This document shows positions 16,295-24,624 of a stretch of 29,994 nucleotides of DNA, one piece after another. Source of the stretch: a plasmid; sequence record NZ_CP084005.1; one strand, 5' to 3'. Both the position numbers and the translations under genes were made by a program. The notes under the pieces are model-generated. The model was not told where the DNA came from. It worked only from the letters and a program-made list of their open reading frames with translations, and did no database searches. How positions within the stretch are numbered: position 1 is the first letter of the stretch; every line of letters begins with the position of its first letter.

Positions 16295-16702
16295 TCAGGA
16301 TGCTTGTTCCAATTCTTCAATCAGATTGAGCAATCGGTTTACGGCTGGGCCTAGAAGGTCTGAAAGAGCGAGCGTGATTTCACTCCCTGATTCCTCCATT
16401 GCCATTGCGAGGCCCTTTAGGCCATGAAGCTCGATGGCGAACTTGTCGTAAATTTCGGCGCGCGTCTCCTCGGCCGTTTTCGTCGAGTCTTCGATGGCAT
16501 CCTCTGGGATGGCGAACGAATCAATATTGTCGCTCTCTTCGAGCAGGTCGAGCAATCGGTTTACGGCTGGGCCGAGAAGGTCGGCCAGCGCGAACAGGGC
16601 TTCGTTTTCGGATGTGTCCATCACCTGCGAAAGCCCGCTGAGCCCACAGAGCTCCGTGGTGATGTCGCCGCTGAGCTTCCTGCGTTTCTCGCTTTGAGTC
16701 AT
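16295..16702 (-). CDS. Acidic hypothetical protein with an internal tandem duplication (two about 40-aa repeats ending LLGPAVNRLL[DN]L[LI]EE)
   Basis: Clear internal repeat LCGLSGLSQVMDTSENEALFALADLLGPAVNRLLDLLEE / LHGLKGLAMAMEESGSEITLALSDLLGPAVNRLLNLIEE; very D/E-rich. Confidence 0.55.
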   Translation of the reverse strand: MTQSEKRRKLSGDITTELCGLSGLSQVMDTSENEALFALADLLGPAVNRLLDLLEESDNIDSFAIPEDAIEDSTKTAEETRAEIYDKFAIELHGLKGLAMAMEESGSEITLALSDLLGPAVNRLLNLIEELEQAS

Positions 16703-16735
16703 ATCGGCTCCTTTCTCATCGATTCCGAAACTAAC

Positions 16736-16993
16736 CTATCGGTCTTCGTTTTCCGCCTCTTTAAGCAGTTCATCGACAGCGTTCTGCATCACAGCTGTCA
16801 TCGTCCTGCCCTCCTGCTTGCAGTAGGCCTTCAGGGCTGCGTGCTTCTTTGCCGACACGTAAAACGTAATCATCTTGCGCTCGTCGGTCCCGGCATCACC
16901 CTTGTGTGCGGTGTCCTGGTTGTCCATGAGGCGCTTTTTGGCCGGCTTGGTGTTGTTGTTGGCAAATGCATTGAAGTTATTTTTAACGGCCAT
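16736..16993 (-). CDS. parG: ParG-like ribbon-helix-helix partition/centromere-binding protein
   Basis: Basic unstructured N-tail then KMITFYVSAKKHAALKAYCKQEGRTMTAVMQNAVDELL RHH; overlaps parA 3' end by 11 nt. Confidence 0.65.
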   Translation of the reverse strand: MAVKNNFNAFANNNTKPAKKRLMDNQDTAHKGDAGTDERKMITFYVSAKKHAALKAYCKQEGRTMTAVMQNAVDELLKEAENEDR

Positions 16994-17597
16994 TCAGGGC
17001 CTCCCTGAGCTCGCTGTAGACGTCATCGTATCCGTAGAGTGCCGATCCGAACGGCAGCCCGAAGTAGCCCTTCAGGTCCTCCTTCTGGCGGATCGCCGTG
17101 TCGAAGTAGGAAATACCGCCGGCGGCAAGGTTTTCCTGCGCAGCCTTGAAACCGTTGGTGTTCGTCAGCACGCGGGTAAGAAGCACGGCGTACGGCCTCC
17201 CGTTCGCTTCCATCGTTTTCACGGTCTCGGCCGTTTTCACGAGGTCTGCGTTGCCGGTGCCGGTCGGCACGATGACGAAGTCCGACGCGTCCTGCGCCGC
17301 GTCCAAGATGGCCCCATTGGGTGGGCAATCGATGAAGGCCCAGCGGCCCGGATCGCCTTTGAACTTCTTCGCCGCCCGTTTGACGGTTGCGGGGTTCGCG
17401 GCGTCGACGGCGAAGGGAAGTTCCTCGCCGTTGTCCTCGGCGTTATCGGCCCAGAAGGTGGCCGATCCTTGCGGGTCCGCGTCGAGTACGACGACTTCCT
17501 TGCCGTCGCGAGCGGCGGCCGTCGCGAGCGCGATGCAGCTCGTCGTCTTGCCCACACCGCCCTTCAGATTGATCAGCGAAACGATCATTTTTTGCAC
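16983..17597 (-). CDS. parA: ParA/MinD-family partition ATPase
   Basis: Deviant Walker A LKGGVGKTTSCIALA; VLDADPQGSATFWA; about 204 aa. Confidence 0.85.
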   Translation of the reverse strand: MQKMIVSLINLKGGVGKTTSCIALATAAARDGKEVVVLDADPQGSATFWADNAEDNGEELPFAVDAANPATVKRAAKKFKGDPGRWAFIDCPPNGAILDAAQDASDFVIVPTGTGNADLVKTAETVKTMEANGRPYAVLLTRVLTNTNGFKAAQENLAAGGISYFDTAIRQKEDLKGYFGLPFGSALYGYDDVYSELREALNGR

Positions 17598-17615
17598 CGG
17601 TCCTCTCCATAATTC

Positions 17616-17742
17616 TTCTAGAACATTTCTAGAAACCTTCTAGATTCATTTTACCGCACCGCAACGTTCCATAACCCATGAATCCCTACAAATCTAGAAA
17701 TACTCTAGAAGTTTTATAGAAATTTCTAGAGTATTTCTAGAT
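17616..17742. repeat. Two arrays of TCTAGA hexamers phased at 11 bp (3 copies at 17616/17627/17638 and 5 copies at 17693/17704/17715/17726/17737) in the parA promoter region; candidate centromere/operator
   Basis: Read directly; exact 11-bp periodicity; similar arrays at 9946, 14472, 18232, 23895. Confidence 0.75.
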
Positions 17743-17821
17743 ACAATCACGATCACGCGTACCTTTCTGGTTTGCGCCTTGATACGATAAATGAAGACTC
17801 AGTTGGGAGAGGGAGGGGGTT

Positions 17822-17995
17822 GTGGTGACTGGCTTTTGGCAAGTGTTTGCACTTCTGGGCCACCTCGGTTTTGCAACGGTCCTTACCGTATGGCCGAACG
17901 ACTTCGGCCGTCATCCCCGCCTTATCCGTGCCATCGGCATTCTCGGGTTGATCACCGGCGCCCCGCGCGTTCTTCGATTTGGCCTAGCTATTTGA
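17822..17995 (+). CDS. Small hydrophobic protein (57 aa, 2 predicted TM), divergent from parA
   Basis: GTG start behind strong RBS GGGAGAGGGAGGGGG; VTGFWQVFALLGHLGFATVLTVW and LIRAIGILGLITGA helices; overlapping ORF 17791..18093 in other frame looks like P/R/S-rich noise. Confidence 0.3.
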   Translation: MVTGFWQVFALLGHLGFATVLTVWPNDFGRHPRLIRAIGILGLITGAPRVLRFGLAI

Positions 17996-18786
17996 GAAGC
18001 GACGGCGCGGCAGACAAGCAGATTAAGGTGGAAGGAAATGACCAGGCACCCACCGCGCCGCCATCAAAAGTGTATCGCTCGCCTTCAACCTAATAGTTCC
18101 TAATAGTGCCCATGCACCTGACTATTAGCGACTATTAACCTAAAGACCCTGAAAATTCGTCTATTAACCGGTATCACCGCAGGAAGATAGCCAAATCCAA
18201 ACGCCTCAACACCTGGAAGCCAACAATTAATTTCTATAATTCTTCTAGAAAATCCCTAGAAACCTTATAGAAGAATTATAGATTCAACTCATGCTGCGTC
18301 CCTTTTCGTTTCGGGCATACTGTCGGCAAGAAGACGATTTCAAGGAGGCGGACATGCTCCAGAACGTACTTGGCAGCGACGGACAGATGCACGTCGAGAA
18401 CCAGGTCGGCAACATGAGAATCGACCTCACGACCGGTGAGACCAAGACGGTCGTTCCGTGAGCCGGTGGTATGAACACGGTCATTGGCCCCGACGGGACC
18501 CATACCGAGTTTCAGACCGGCCAGATGCGCCAGACTCTCGGTAAGCCTGGGTTCGACTGGTTGTTCAATAAGCACTGACAAACGGTCGGTAAAACATAGG
18601 CGCTCTTAAAAATATGTGACCATAAGACCAGGCTAACATGTGCTCACAGACATATAGTCACAGCTGTAGATCGGTTTAATCCGCAGTCCGTAAGCTGAAG
18701 CTGCCTCAACGACCCGTGGTTGGCGAGACGAAAAAGGGGAATCCCTTTTGCGGGATTCCCCTTTCCGAGTCGTTATGCGATTTGCA

Positions 18787-21700
18787 CTACATCTGCTCGC
18801 GGCGCTTCTTCTGGTCGAGGAAGACGCCGGCTGCCACGAGGACGGTACCGCCGATGGCGAACGTCTCGCCGATGAGTCCCGCGCGGTCACCGGTCTGGGC
18901 GAGGTTGCCGGGCTGGGCGGTATCCGTGCCGGCGAGGTGCTTCGGGGTGTATGCCGCCTGCTGCTTTGCGACCTCCTCTGCCTCCTGTCGTGCGATCTCA
19001 TCGGAAAGCTTCTGCTCCGCTGCGATGCGGTCGGACTTCGCCGACTCGTAGGCGGCGAGTGTCGCATCGTAGCCGGGCTGGAGCTCGTCCACCGCGGCCT
19101 GCTTCTCGTCCAGGATGGCCTTAGCGGGCGCGACCTTGGCACGTGCCTCGACTGCTGCGGCGAAAAGCGCGTTGAGGGCGTCATCCGCGTTCGCGTCATG
19201 GCCGGAAGCGATCGCCGCGCCGGCATTGATGGAGTTCAGCTTCGACAGCTTGGCGTCTGCCTGCGCCTTCGCCTGTTCGGCAGCGGAGACCAGGGACTCG
19301 GCGGCGGCGGTATCAGCCTTCGCGGCATCGAGTTCGGCCTTGGTGTCATTGACGGCCTTTACTGCATCCTGCTCGCGCTGCTGTGCCTCTGCGAGCTTCG
19401 CGGCAAGACCGGTGAGGATGTCGAGGTTCGACTGTGCGTCATCGAGATCGGTCTGGGAGCCGGTAAGCCTGTCGGCGGCAACGCCGGTGTCGGTCTTTGC
19501 GGCATCGACGGCACGCTGGGCATCCGCGAGGGCGCGTGCGGTGGCGTCCGCCTTTTGCTCGGCGGCGGCGAGGACGGTCGCCTTCTCGACCTGATCGGCT
19601 GCCGCCGCGTCATGGACGCTCTTTGCTGTATCGAGCGCCTTCTTGGCGTCGGCGACGTCCTGGAAGAACTTCGCGAGATCGGCGTTCGCATCCATGACGT
19701 CCTGCTGCTTGGCCTCGGTGTCCGCCTTGGCGGAGTCCAGCTTGGTCTGTGCGCCCGTTACGGCTGCGTTGGCGGCATCAAAGGCGACCTGCTTCTGCTG
19801 GACGGTCGACTTTGCCGTATCGACTGCCGCGTTGGCGGCATCGAGGTCCGATTTCGCCGCATCAAGCTCGGTCTGGGCATCCGTGACGCCCTGCTGCTTG
19901 GATGCGAGATCAGCCTTTGCGGCATCGACGGCACGCTGGGCATCGGTGACGTCCTGCTTCGCGGCATCGACGTCTGCCTGTGCGGAATCCGCTGCGACCT
20001 GCTTCTGCTGGACGGTTGTGGTGGCGCCGGCGGCTGCCTGCTGCTTGGATGCGAGATCGGCCTTGGCTGCGTCGAGTGCGCTCTTGGTGTTCTTGAGACC
20101 GTTGATATAGGAGATCAGCTTCTGCTCGTACTCGTCGACGGAGATGGCTCCGGTATTCCAGCCCGAACCGGCCCAACCGCCGTATTGCAGCGTGAGCGAG
20201 AACGTCAAACGGGTGTCATCGTTCAGACCGCATCCCATGACAGCATAGTCAGGGTTGATGATGTTCATGTAATGACCGATACGGTAGTAATCGAACTTGT
20301 CCTGGTTGGCGTACCAGAAGTCGTAGGCGTCCTTTCCGGAAAGATTCGTCGCGCCAAGGGATGCTGCAGTCTTGTCAAACAGATCCTTTTCCTGATAGAT
20401 CCAGGCCTTGCAGGGGTCGCGATAGCTCCAGGCAAGGTTTTCACCGACATCGAACTGCTGGGCATGCTCTACATTTTTCGTCGAATAGTTTGCATCTGCA
20501 ATCGCTGCCGCAATGAGCTTATAGCTTACCTCAAGCTCGGAAAGGCCGACGGACTTACGGTAGGCGTTCACGTTCTTCATGACCGTGATGGACGAAAGCA
20601 TGTTTTCAAGGCCCGTTGCGTCGAGACTGTTTCCGATCTCGGTGTAGTCTTTGTACGTGCAGTTCTTGATGATCTCGATGGCTGAATCGGCACCCATGGC
20701 CTTGAAGAAACCGATGGCTCCCTGCTTGAGCTGCGCGTCGGCGGAATCGAGTTTCGCCTGTGCCTCGTCGACCTTCTGCTGGGCGGCGGTCACGGCGGTG
20801 TCTGCGGTATCCTTTGCGGTCTTTGCGTTCGCGAGCTCTACGTCGGCGGCTGCCTTGGCGGACTCGGCGTCCTTGACAGCCTGCTGCGCGGCATCCAGCT
20901 TGGAGATGGCGTCGACGTTCGCCTGCTTGGCCGCATCGAGGTCGGCGTTCGCGGCATCGAGTGCGGACTGGGCGGCGTTCACGCCGGACGTGGCATCGAG
21001 GGCAGTCTGCTGCTTCGCGGAGAGGGCCACCTGGGCATCATTCAGGTCGGCTTGTGCCGTTGCCGCAGCGGACTGTGCCTGCTCGAGCTCGGACTCGCAC
21101 TGGGACTGTGCCTCTCGTGCGGCGGCGAGGGCTGCCTCTGCGTCCGCGACCTTCTGTTTTGCCGCATCGTACTCAGGACCGCTGGCACCTGCCTCCGCTG
21201 CAGCGAGGTCGGCTTTCGCCTTCTCGTAGGCGGCGCTGGCGGCTGCGGCCTTCGCATCCGCTGCGTCCTTGTTCTGCTTGGCTGCAGCGAGGACAGAATC
21301 GGCGGCATCCTTTGCAGACTGGGCCGCAACCAGCTTGGACTGGGCATCGGCAAGCGTCGCGTTGGCGTTGTCCAGTTCGGCCTGTGCCCTGTCCACGGCA
21401 GCCTGGGCGTCGCGCACGGCCTGCTCGGCGGCACTGATTGCCTCCGGGGTGGCGCTTACAGCATCGGCCTTGGCTTTATCGAGGGCGTCCTTGGCATCCT
21501 GGGCCGCCTTGAGGGCGGACTGGTACGCTTCGTCCTTCTCGGACGCATCCGCCTTGGCGTCTTCGAGACCCGCCTTCGCCTGCTCGAGGTCCTTGCCGGC
21601 GGCATCGGCGGCGTCCTTGCCCTCCGCGACCTGACGGGCGTACTCGTCCATTGCCGCTCGGTCGGCTGCCGTGCCGGCGCTGACTGCCGAATCGTAGGAT

Positions 21701-22065
21701 GCCTTGGCCTGGTCGCGGGCGGAAGCCGCCTCGTTGTAGGGACCGGCGGCCTCATCGTAGGATGCCTTGGCGGCGTCCTCCTTCGCCTTCGCCTCGTCGA
21801 CTGCCTTCTGCAGGTCCGCGATAGTCTGTGCGGCGGATTTCGCGCCGGTACCGGCTGCCGCGCCGGCGTGGGCGGCGATCGGCGACATCACGGCGGGGTG
21901 CTGCGTGCCCCCGTCACCGGTCTGGGCGAATGCCGCGAACGGTGAGATGAGGCTCGATCCGGTCATGGCGGCCATGGTCGCCGCGGTGACGGTCAGACGC
22001 GCGATCCCCTTCGGGGCGTGAATCTTTTTGCTTGGCAGTGCGGCGAAGTGCTTTCCCTGGGTCAT
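18787..22065 (-). CDS. Giant cell-wall-anchored surface protein: signal peptide, Ala-rich repetitive coiled coil, central CAP/SCP (YkwD-like) domain, second coiled coil, C-terminal LAxTG sortase signal
   Basis: Signal peptide ...SLISPFAAFAQT. Repeated DAAKADLASKQQ-type heptads. CAP-like segment VNAYRKSVGLSELEVSYKLIAAAIADANYS...GENLAWSY...GHYMNIINPDYAVMGCGL (about nt 20100-20700). C-terminal NLAQTGDRAGLIGETFAIGGTVLVAAGVFLDQKKRREQM (LAxTG motif, TM helix, basic tail). Confidence 0.75.
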   Translation of the reverse strand: MTQGKHFAALPSKKIHAPKGIARLTVTAATMAAMTGSSLISPFAAFAQTGDGGTQHPAVMSPIAAHAGAAAGTGAKSAAQTIADLQKAVDEAKAKEDAAKASYDEAAGPYNEAASARDQAKASYDSAVSAGTAADRAAMDEYARQVAEGKDAADAAGKDLEQAKAGLEDAKADASEKDEAYQSALKAAQDAKDALDKAKADAVSATPEAISAAEQAVRDAQAAVDRAQAELDNANATLADAQSKLVAAQSAKDAADSVLAAAKQNKDAADAKAAAASAAYEKAKADLAAAEAGASGPEYDAAKQKVADAEAALAAAREAQSQCESELEQAQSAAATAQADLNDAQVALSAKQQTALDATSGVNAAQSALDAANADLDAAKQANVDAISKLDAAQQAVKDAESAKAAADVELANAKTAKDTADTAVTAAQQKVDEAQAKLDSADAQLKQGAIGFFKAMGADSAIEIIKNCTYKDYTEIGNSLDATGLENMLSSITVMKNVNAYRKSVGLSELEVSYKLIAAAIADANYSTKNVEHAQQFDVGENLAWSYRDPCKAWIYQEKDLFDKTAASLGATNLSGKDAYDFWYANQDKFDYYRIGHYMNIINPDYAVMGCGLNDDTRLTFSLTLQYGGWAGSGWNTGAISVDEYEQKLISYINGLKNTKSALDAAKADLASKQQAAAGATTTVQQKQVAADSAQADVDAAKQDVTDAQRAVDAAKADLASKQQGVTDAQTELDAAKSDLDAANAAVDTAKSTVQQKQVAFDAANAAVTGAQTKLDSAKADTEAKQQDVMDANADLAKFFQDVADAKKALDTAKSVHDAAAADQVEKATVLAAAEQKADATARALADAQRAVDAAKTDTGVAADRLTGSQTDLDDAQSNLDILTGLAAKLAEAQQREQDAVKAVNDTKAELDAAKADTAAAESLVSAAEQAKAQADAKLSKLNSINAGAAIASGHDANADDALNALFAAAVEARAKVAPAKAILDEKQAAVDELQPGYDATLAAYESAKSDRIAAEQKLSDEIARQEAEEVAKQQAAYTPKHLAGTDTAQPGNLAQTGDRAGLIGETFAIGGTVLVAAGVFLDQKKRREQM

Positions 22066-22204
22066 TGTGCTGTTCCATTCCTTTTCCGTGCCCTATCCGA
22101 CTGGGCATCAGAGTGCTTTCCAATAGAGACAATTATGCGCCTTAACTGGGATTGTTGTATATAGTCCGTTGGCTTTTATACAACAATCCATGACTCTTTT
22201 TGTC

Positions 22205-22426
22205 ATGGATACGAAGACGCTTCAGAAATCATTCGGCATGAGATGCAAAGAGCTCCGCGCTGGACTCGGGTGCAGCCAGGAGCAGTTCGCCAATTTGATT
22301 GAAATGGATCGTTCCTACTACGCGAGCATTGAAGTCGGGCGGTGTAATGTCAGCCTCTCAAATCTCAAGAAGATTGCCGACGGATTTCAAATCAGCATTG
22401 CTGAACTCATGAGAGGCGTCAGCTAA
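22205..22426 (+). CDS. XRE-family (Cro/C1-type) HTH transcriptional regulator
   Basis: MRCKELRAGLGCSQEQFANLIEMDRSYYASIEVGRCNVSLSNLKKIADGFQISIAEL HTH_3 pattern; 11-bp inverted repeat ATTGTTGTATA/TATACAACAAT at 22151-22187 just upstream. Confidence 0.7.
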   Translation: MDTKTLQKSFGMRCKELRAGLGCSQEQFANLIEMDRSYYASIEVGRCNVSLSNLKKIADGFQISIAELMRGVS

Positions 22427-22486
22427 ATTTATCCGTCTCATAGTTCACAGTGGGTCTCGTTGATTAGTGCCTTAAGAAAATGGAAA

Positions 22487-22565
22487 TCGTCCCAACGAGC
22501 TATCGTCAATCGTCCCAATAAATTACCGTCAATCGTCCCAATAAGTAATCGTTATTTGTCCCAAC
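22487..22565 (+). repeat. Four direct repeats of (AA)TCGTCCCAA(Y) spaced 23-24 bp (including an exact 18-bp duplication CGTCAATCGTCCCAATAA) upstream of the ATPase gene, followed by TATAAT at 22580
   Basis: Read directly. Confidence 0.7.
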
Positions 22566-22614
22566 GACGCAGATAGACGCTATAATTTCAAATGAATGAT
22601 TGGAGGGAAAGCCG

Positions 22615-23880
22615 ATGGATCGGTATATAGGACGTTGTGTTGACTGCTTGGTCGAGCGCGACCTTGGCATTTTTGGTGCAGTGCTCATTCAGGGGCCGAA
22701 ATGGTGTGGAAAGACAACGACAGCTCAGAGATTTGCCGAGTCATCGTTATCTCTCTCCGACCCATCTGGCGGTTTTGCGGCCCTCCAGCTCGCTCGTCTC
22801 GATCCGGCCCAAGCAATTGTCGGACCGACCCCGAGGCTTGTCGACGAATGGCAGGAAGAACCGAAGCTATGGGATGCCGTGCGATTCGAATGCGATGTCA
22901 GGGGAGGGGAGCCAGGACAGTTCATTCTCACCGGATCTGCGACGCCGCGAGCCGAGAACCAGCCGATGCACAGCGGTGTGGGTCGAATCGCCCGTTTGCG
23001 GATGGATACCATGACGCTTTTCGAGCTCGGTATTTCGTCGGGAGCGGTCTCGCTTGGTGCGCTGCTCGATGGCGATTCCGTTGCGGCGTCACTCGGATCC
23101 ATCGCCGGTATCGCCGGTATCGCGGATTTGCTCTGCCGCGGCGGTTGGCCCCAAGCGGTCGGTAAGACAACTGCCGACGCAATGCGGATAGCCGCCGCCT
23201 ATATTGACGGTGTTTGCGAGTCTGACGTTTCGAGGGCGGATGGAGTGAAACGCGACCCGGTTAAGGTAAGAGCCTTGCTCTCGTCGCTTGCACGCAATGA
23301 ATCGACTCTTGCCGGCATGAGGTCCATCGAAAGGGATTTGGGTGTTGATGTCTCAAAGAATACGATTACCGGCTACATGGACGCGCTGCGCCGTATCAAT
23401 ATCGTCGACGATGTCCCCGCGTGGCATCCGGCTCTCAGGTCGCCGGTGAAGTTGCGGCAGGGCGCGAAGCGGCACCTTGCGGACTCATCGCTCGCTGTCG
23501 CCCTCATCGGTGCGGATCCGGAGTCGTTGTCATCCGATCCGAAGACCCTTGGCTTGCTCTTCGAATCCCTTGTGCTACACGATCTCAAGGTTTACGCGGC
23601 GGTCAGCGATGCGACCGTATCCCACTACCACGACGCTGATGACCTAGAGGTCGACGCGATTGTCCATCGCCGTGACGGCTCGTGGGTTGCCGTTGAGGTT
23701 AAGCTCGGGAGCCCCCAAGTCCCAGAGGCAGTGGAAAATCTGCTTCGACTTGAGCGAAAGCTGGTCGATCGCGGGGAGAGGCCGCCTGCGGCGAAACTCA
23801 TCGTCATCGGGTTTGGTATGCCGGCTCACGTAACTAGCGAAGGCATCGTTGTTGCTCCGGTCGATACGCTCGGAATCTAA
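22615..23880 (+). CDS. AAA-family ATP-binding protein (DUF4143/COG1373-like)
   Basis: Walker A GPKWCGKTT near N-terminus; RBS GGAGGGAAAG; length about 420 aa; composition typical of COG1373 ATPases. Confidence 0.6.
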   Translation: MDRYIGRCVDCLVERDLGIFGAVLIQGPKWCGKTTTAQRFAESSLSLSDPSGGFAALQLARLDPAQAIVGPTPRLVDEWQEEPKLWDAVRFECDVRGGEPGQFILTGSATPRAENQPMHSGVGRIARLRMDTMTLFELGISSGAVSLGALLDGDSVAASLGSIAGIAGIADLLCRGGWPQAVGKTTADAMRIAAAYIDGVCESDVSRADGVKRDPVKVRALLSSLARNESTLAGMRSIERDLGVDVSKNTITGYMDALRRINIVDDVPAWHPALRSPVKLRQGAKRHLADSSLAVALIGADPESLSSDPKTLGLLFESLVLHDLKVYAAVSDATVSHYHDADDLEVDAIVHRRDGSWVAVEVKLGSPQVPEAVENLLRLERKLVDRGERPPAAKLIVIGFGMPAHVTSEGIVVAPVDTLGI

Positions 23881-24230
23881 AGCTATTTGCATTTCCAGAA
23901 ATCCTCTATCTAGACGCCTCCTAGAGGATTTCTGGAAACAACCGGTATTTTGATCTGGGCTACGAAAGGTTACGGGTCCAGATTCCGTGCTGCGTGGAGC
24001 CGGTGATCTTGTATCCGTGGCGGTCGATTCACGCCGCAAGCCTGTCCCAGTCGATGCGTTTCCAGTTGCCGCACGGCGCGTGGTTCACGATGAGCCCGCC
24101 GGCGACCATGAGCGCGTGGTTGCGTGCCTTGCGCGCCTCGCGCGCGAGCGCCCTCTTCTTGTCCGAAATCTGGACCTCGGCCTGCTTCTTCTTGCATTAA
24201 AGCCTGAACCAGGTTCAGCTGGCATGGTTA

Positions 24231-24262
24231 AAAACGGGGGCGACGCTTTTGCGTCACCCCTC
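24231..24262 (-). terminator. Rho-independent terminator for the small secreted-protein gene (stem GGGGTGACGC/GCGTCGCCCC, loop AAAA, then GUUUUUAACC on minus strand)
   Basis: GC-rich 10-bp stem with one C-A mismatch followed by U5; located 17 nt downstream of stop at 24279. Confidence 0.65.
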
Positions 24263-24278
24263 GTCCCGGCCGGTTGCT

Positions 24279-24623
24279 TTAGTTGTACACACGGTAGTTA
24301 CACTTGAACTGGGTTATGTGTCCATAGCTGGAGCGGTACCAACCCGACGTATAGCTGATTGCCTCTGCGCCTAGATAGTCGTAGCCCTTGTTGTAGCGAA
24401 GCTGACGGTAGGTCGTGTCGTACTCTGCTACGTAAAACGTGTCTCCAGAGAAGGCTTTGTACCGGTCCTTAACCGTCGAAGCCATGTACGCGGGTTCGAC
24501 ATCGCCTTTCTCCCCGTTGAGCGCATAGACGGGTGCCGCGATTCCGCATAAAGCCGTTGCCACGAGGATGGCGTAGACAGCCATGCGCGACGCATTGGAC
24601 TTCAGCTGTTCAAATAGTTTCAT
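24279..24623 (-). CDS. Small secreted Tyr-rich protein (about 80-aa mature), possible bacteriocin-like/accessory protein of the upstream ABC transporter
   Basis: ATG one nt after upstream stop with RBS GAGGTGA; signal peptide MKLFEQLKSNASRMAVYAILVATALCGIAAPVYA; 13 Tyr in mature part. Confidence 0.55.
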   Translation of the reverse strand: MKLFEQLKSNASRMAVYAILVATALCGIAAPVYALNGEKGDVEPAYMASTVKDRYKAFSGDTFYVAEYDTTYRQLRYNKGYDYLGAEAISYTSGWYRSSYGHITQFKCNYRVYN

Positions 24624-24624
24624 G

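Noticed and set aside
18748-21945. Long plus-strand ORFs (18748-20685, 20651-21229, 21052-21945, 19115-19594 and others) and many short minus-strand ORFs inside the surface-protein gene
   Set aside because: They are antisense or out of frame to the strongly supported 1092-aa Ala-rich gene. The repetitive GC-rich codons keep several frames open, and the products are Cys/Arg/Gly-rich low-complexity sequences.
23970-24307. ORF 23970-24197 (minus) and 23987-24307 (plus) as listed
   Set aside because: Arg/Pro-rich low-complexity translations. Only the alternative frame B peptide looks protein-like, and it lacks a start. Treated as a remnant, not a gene.
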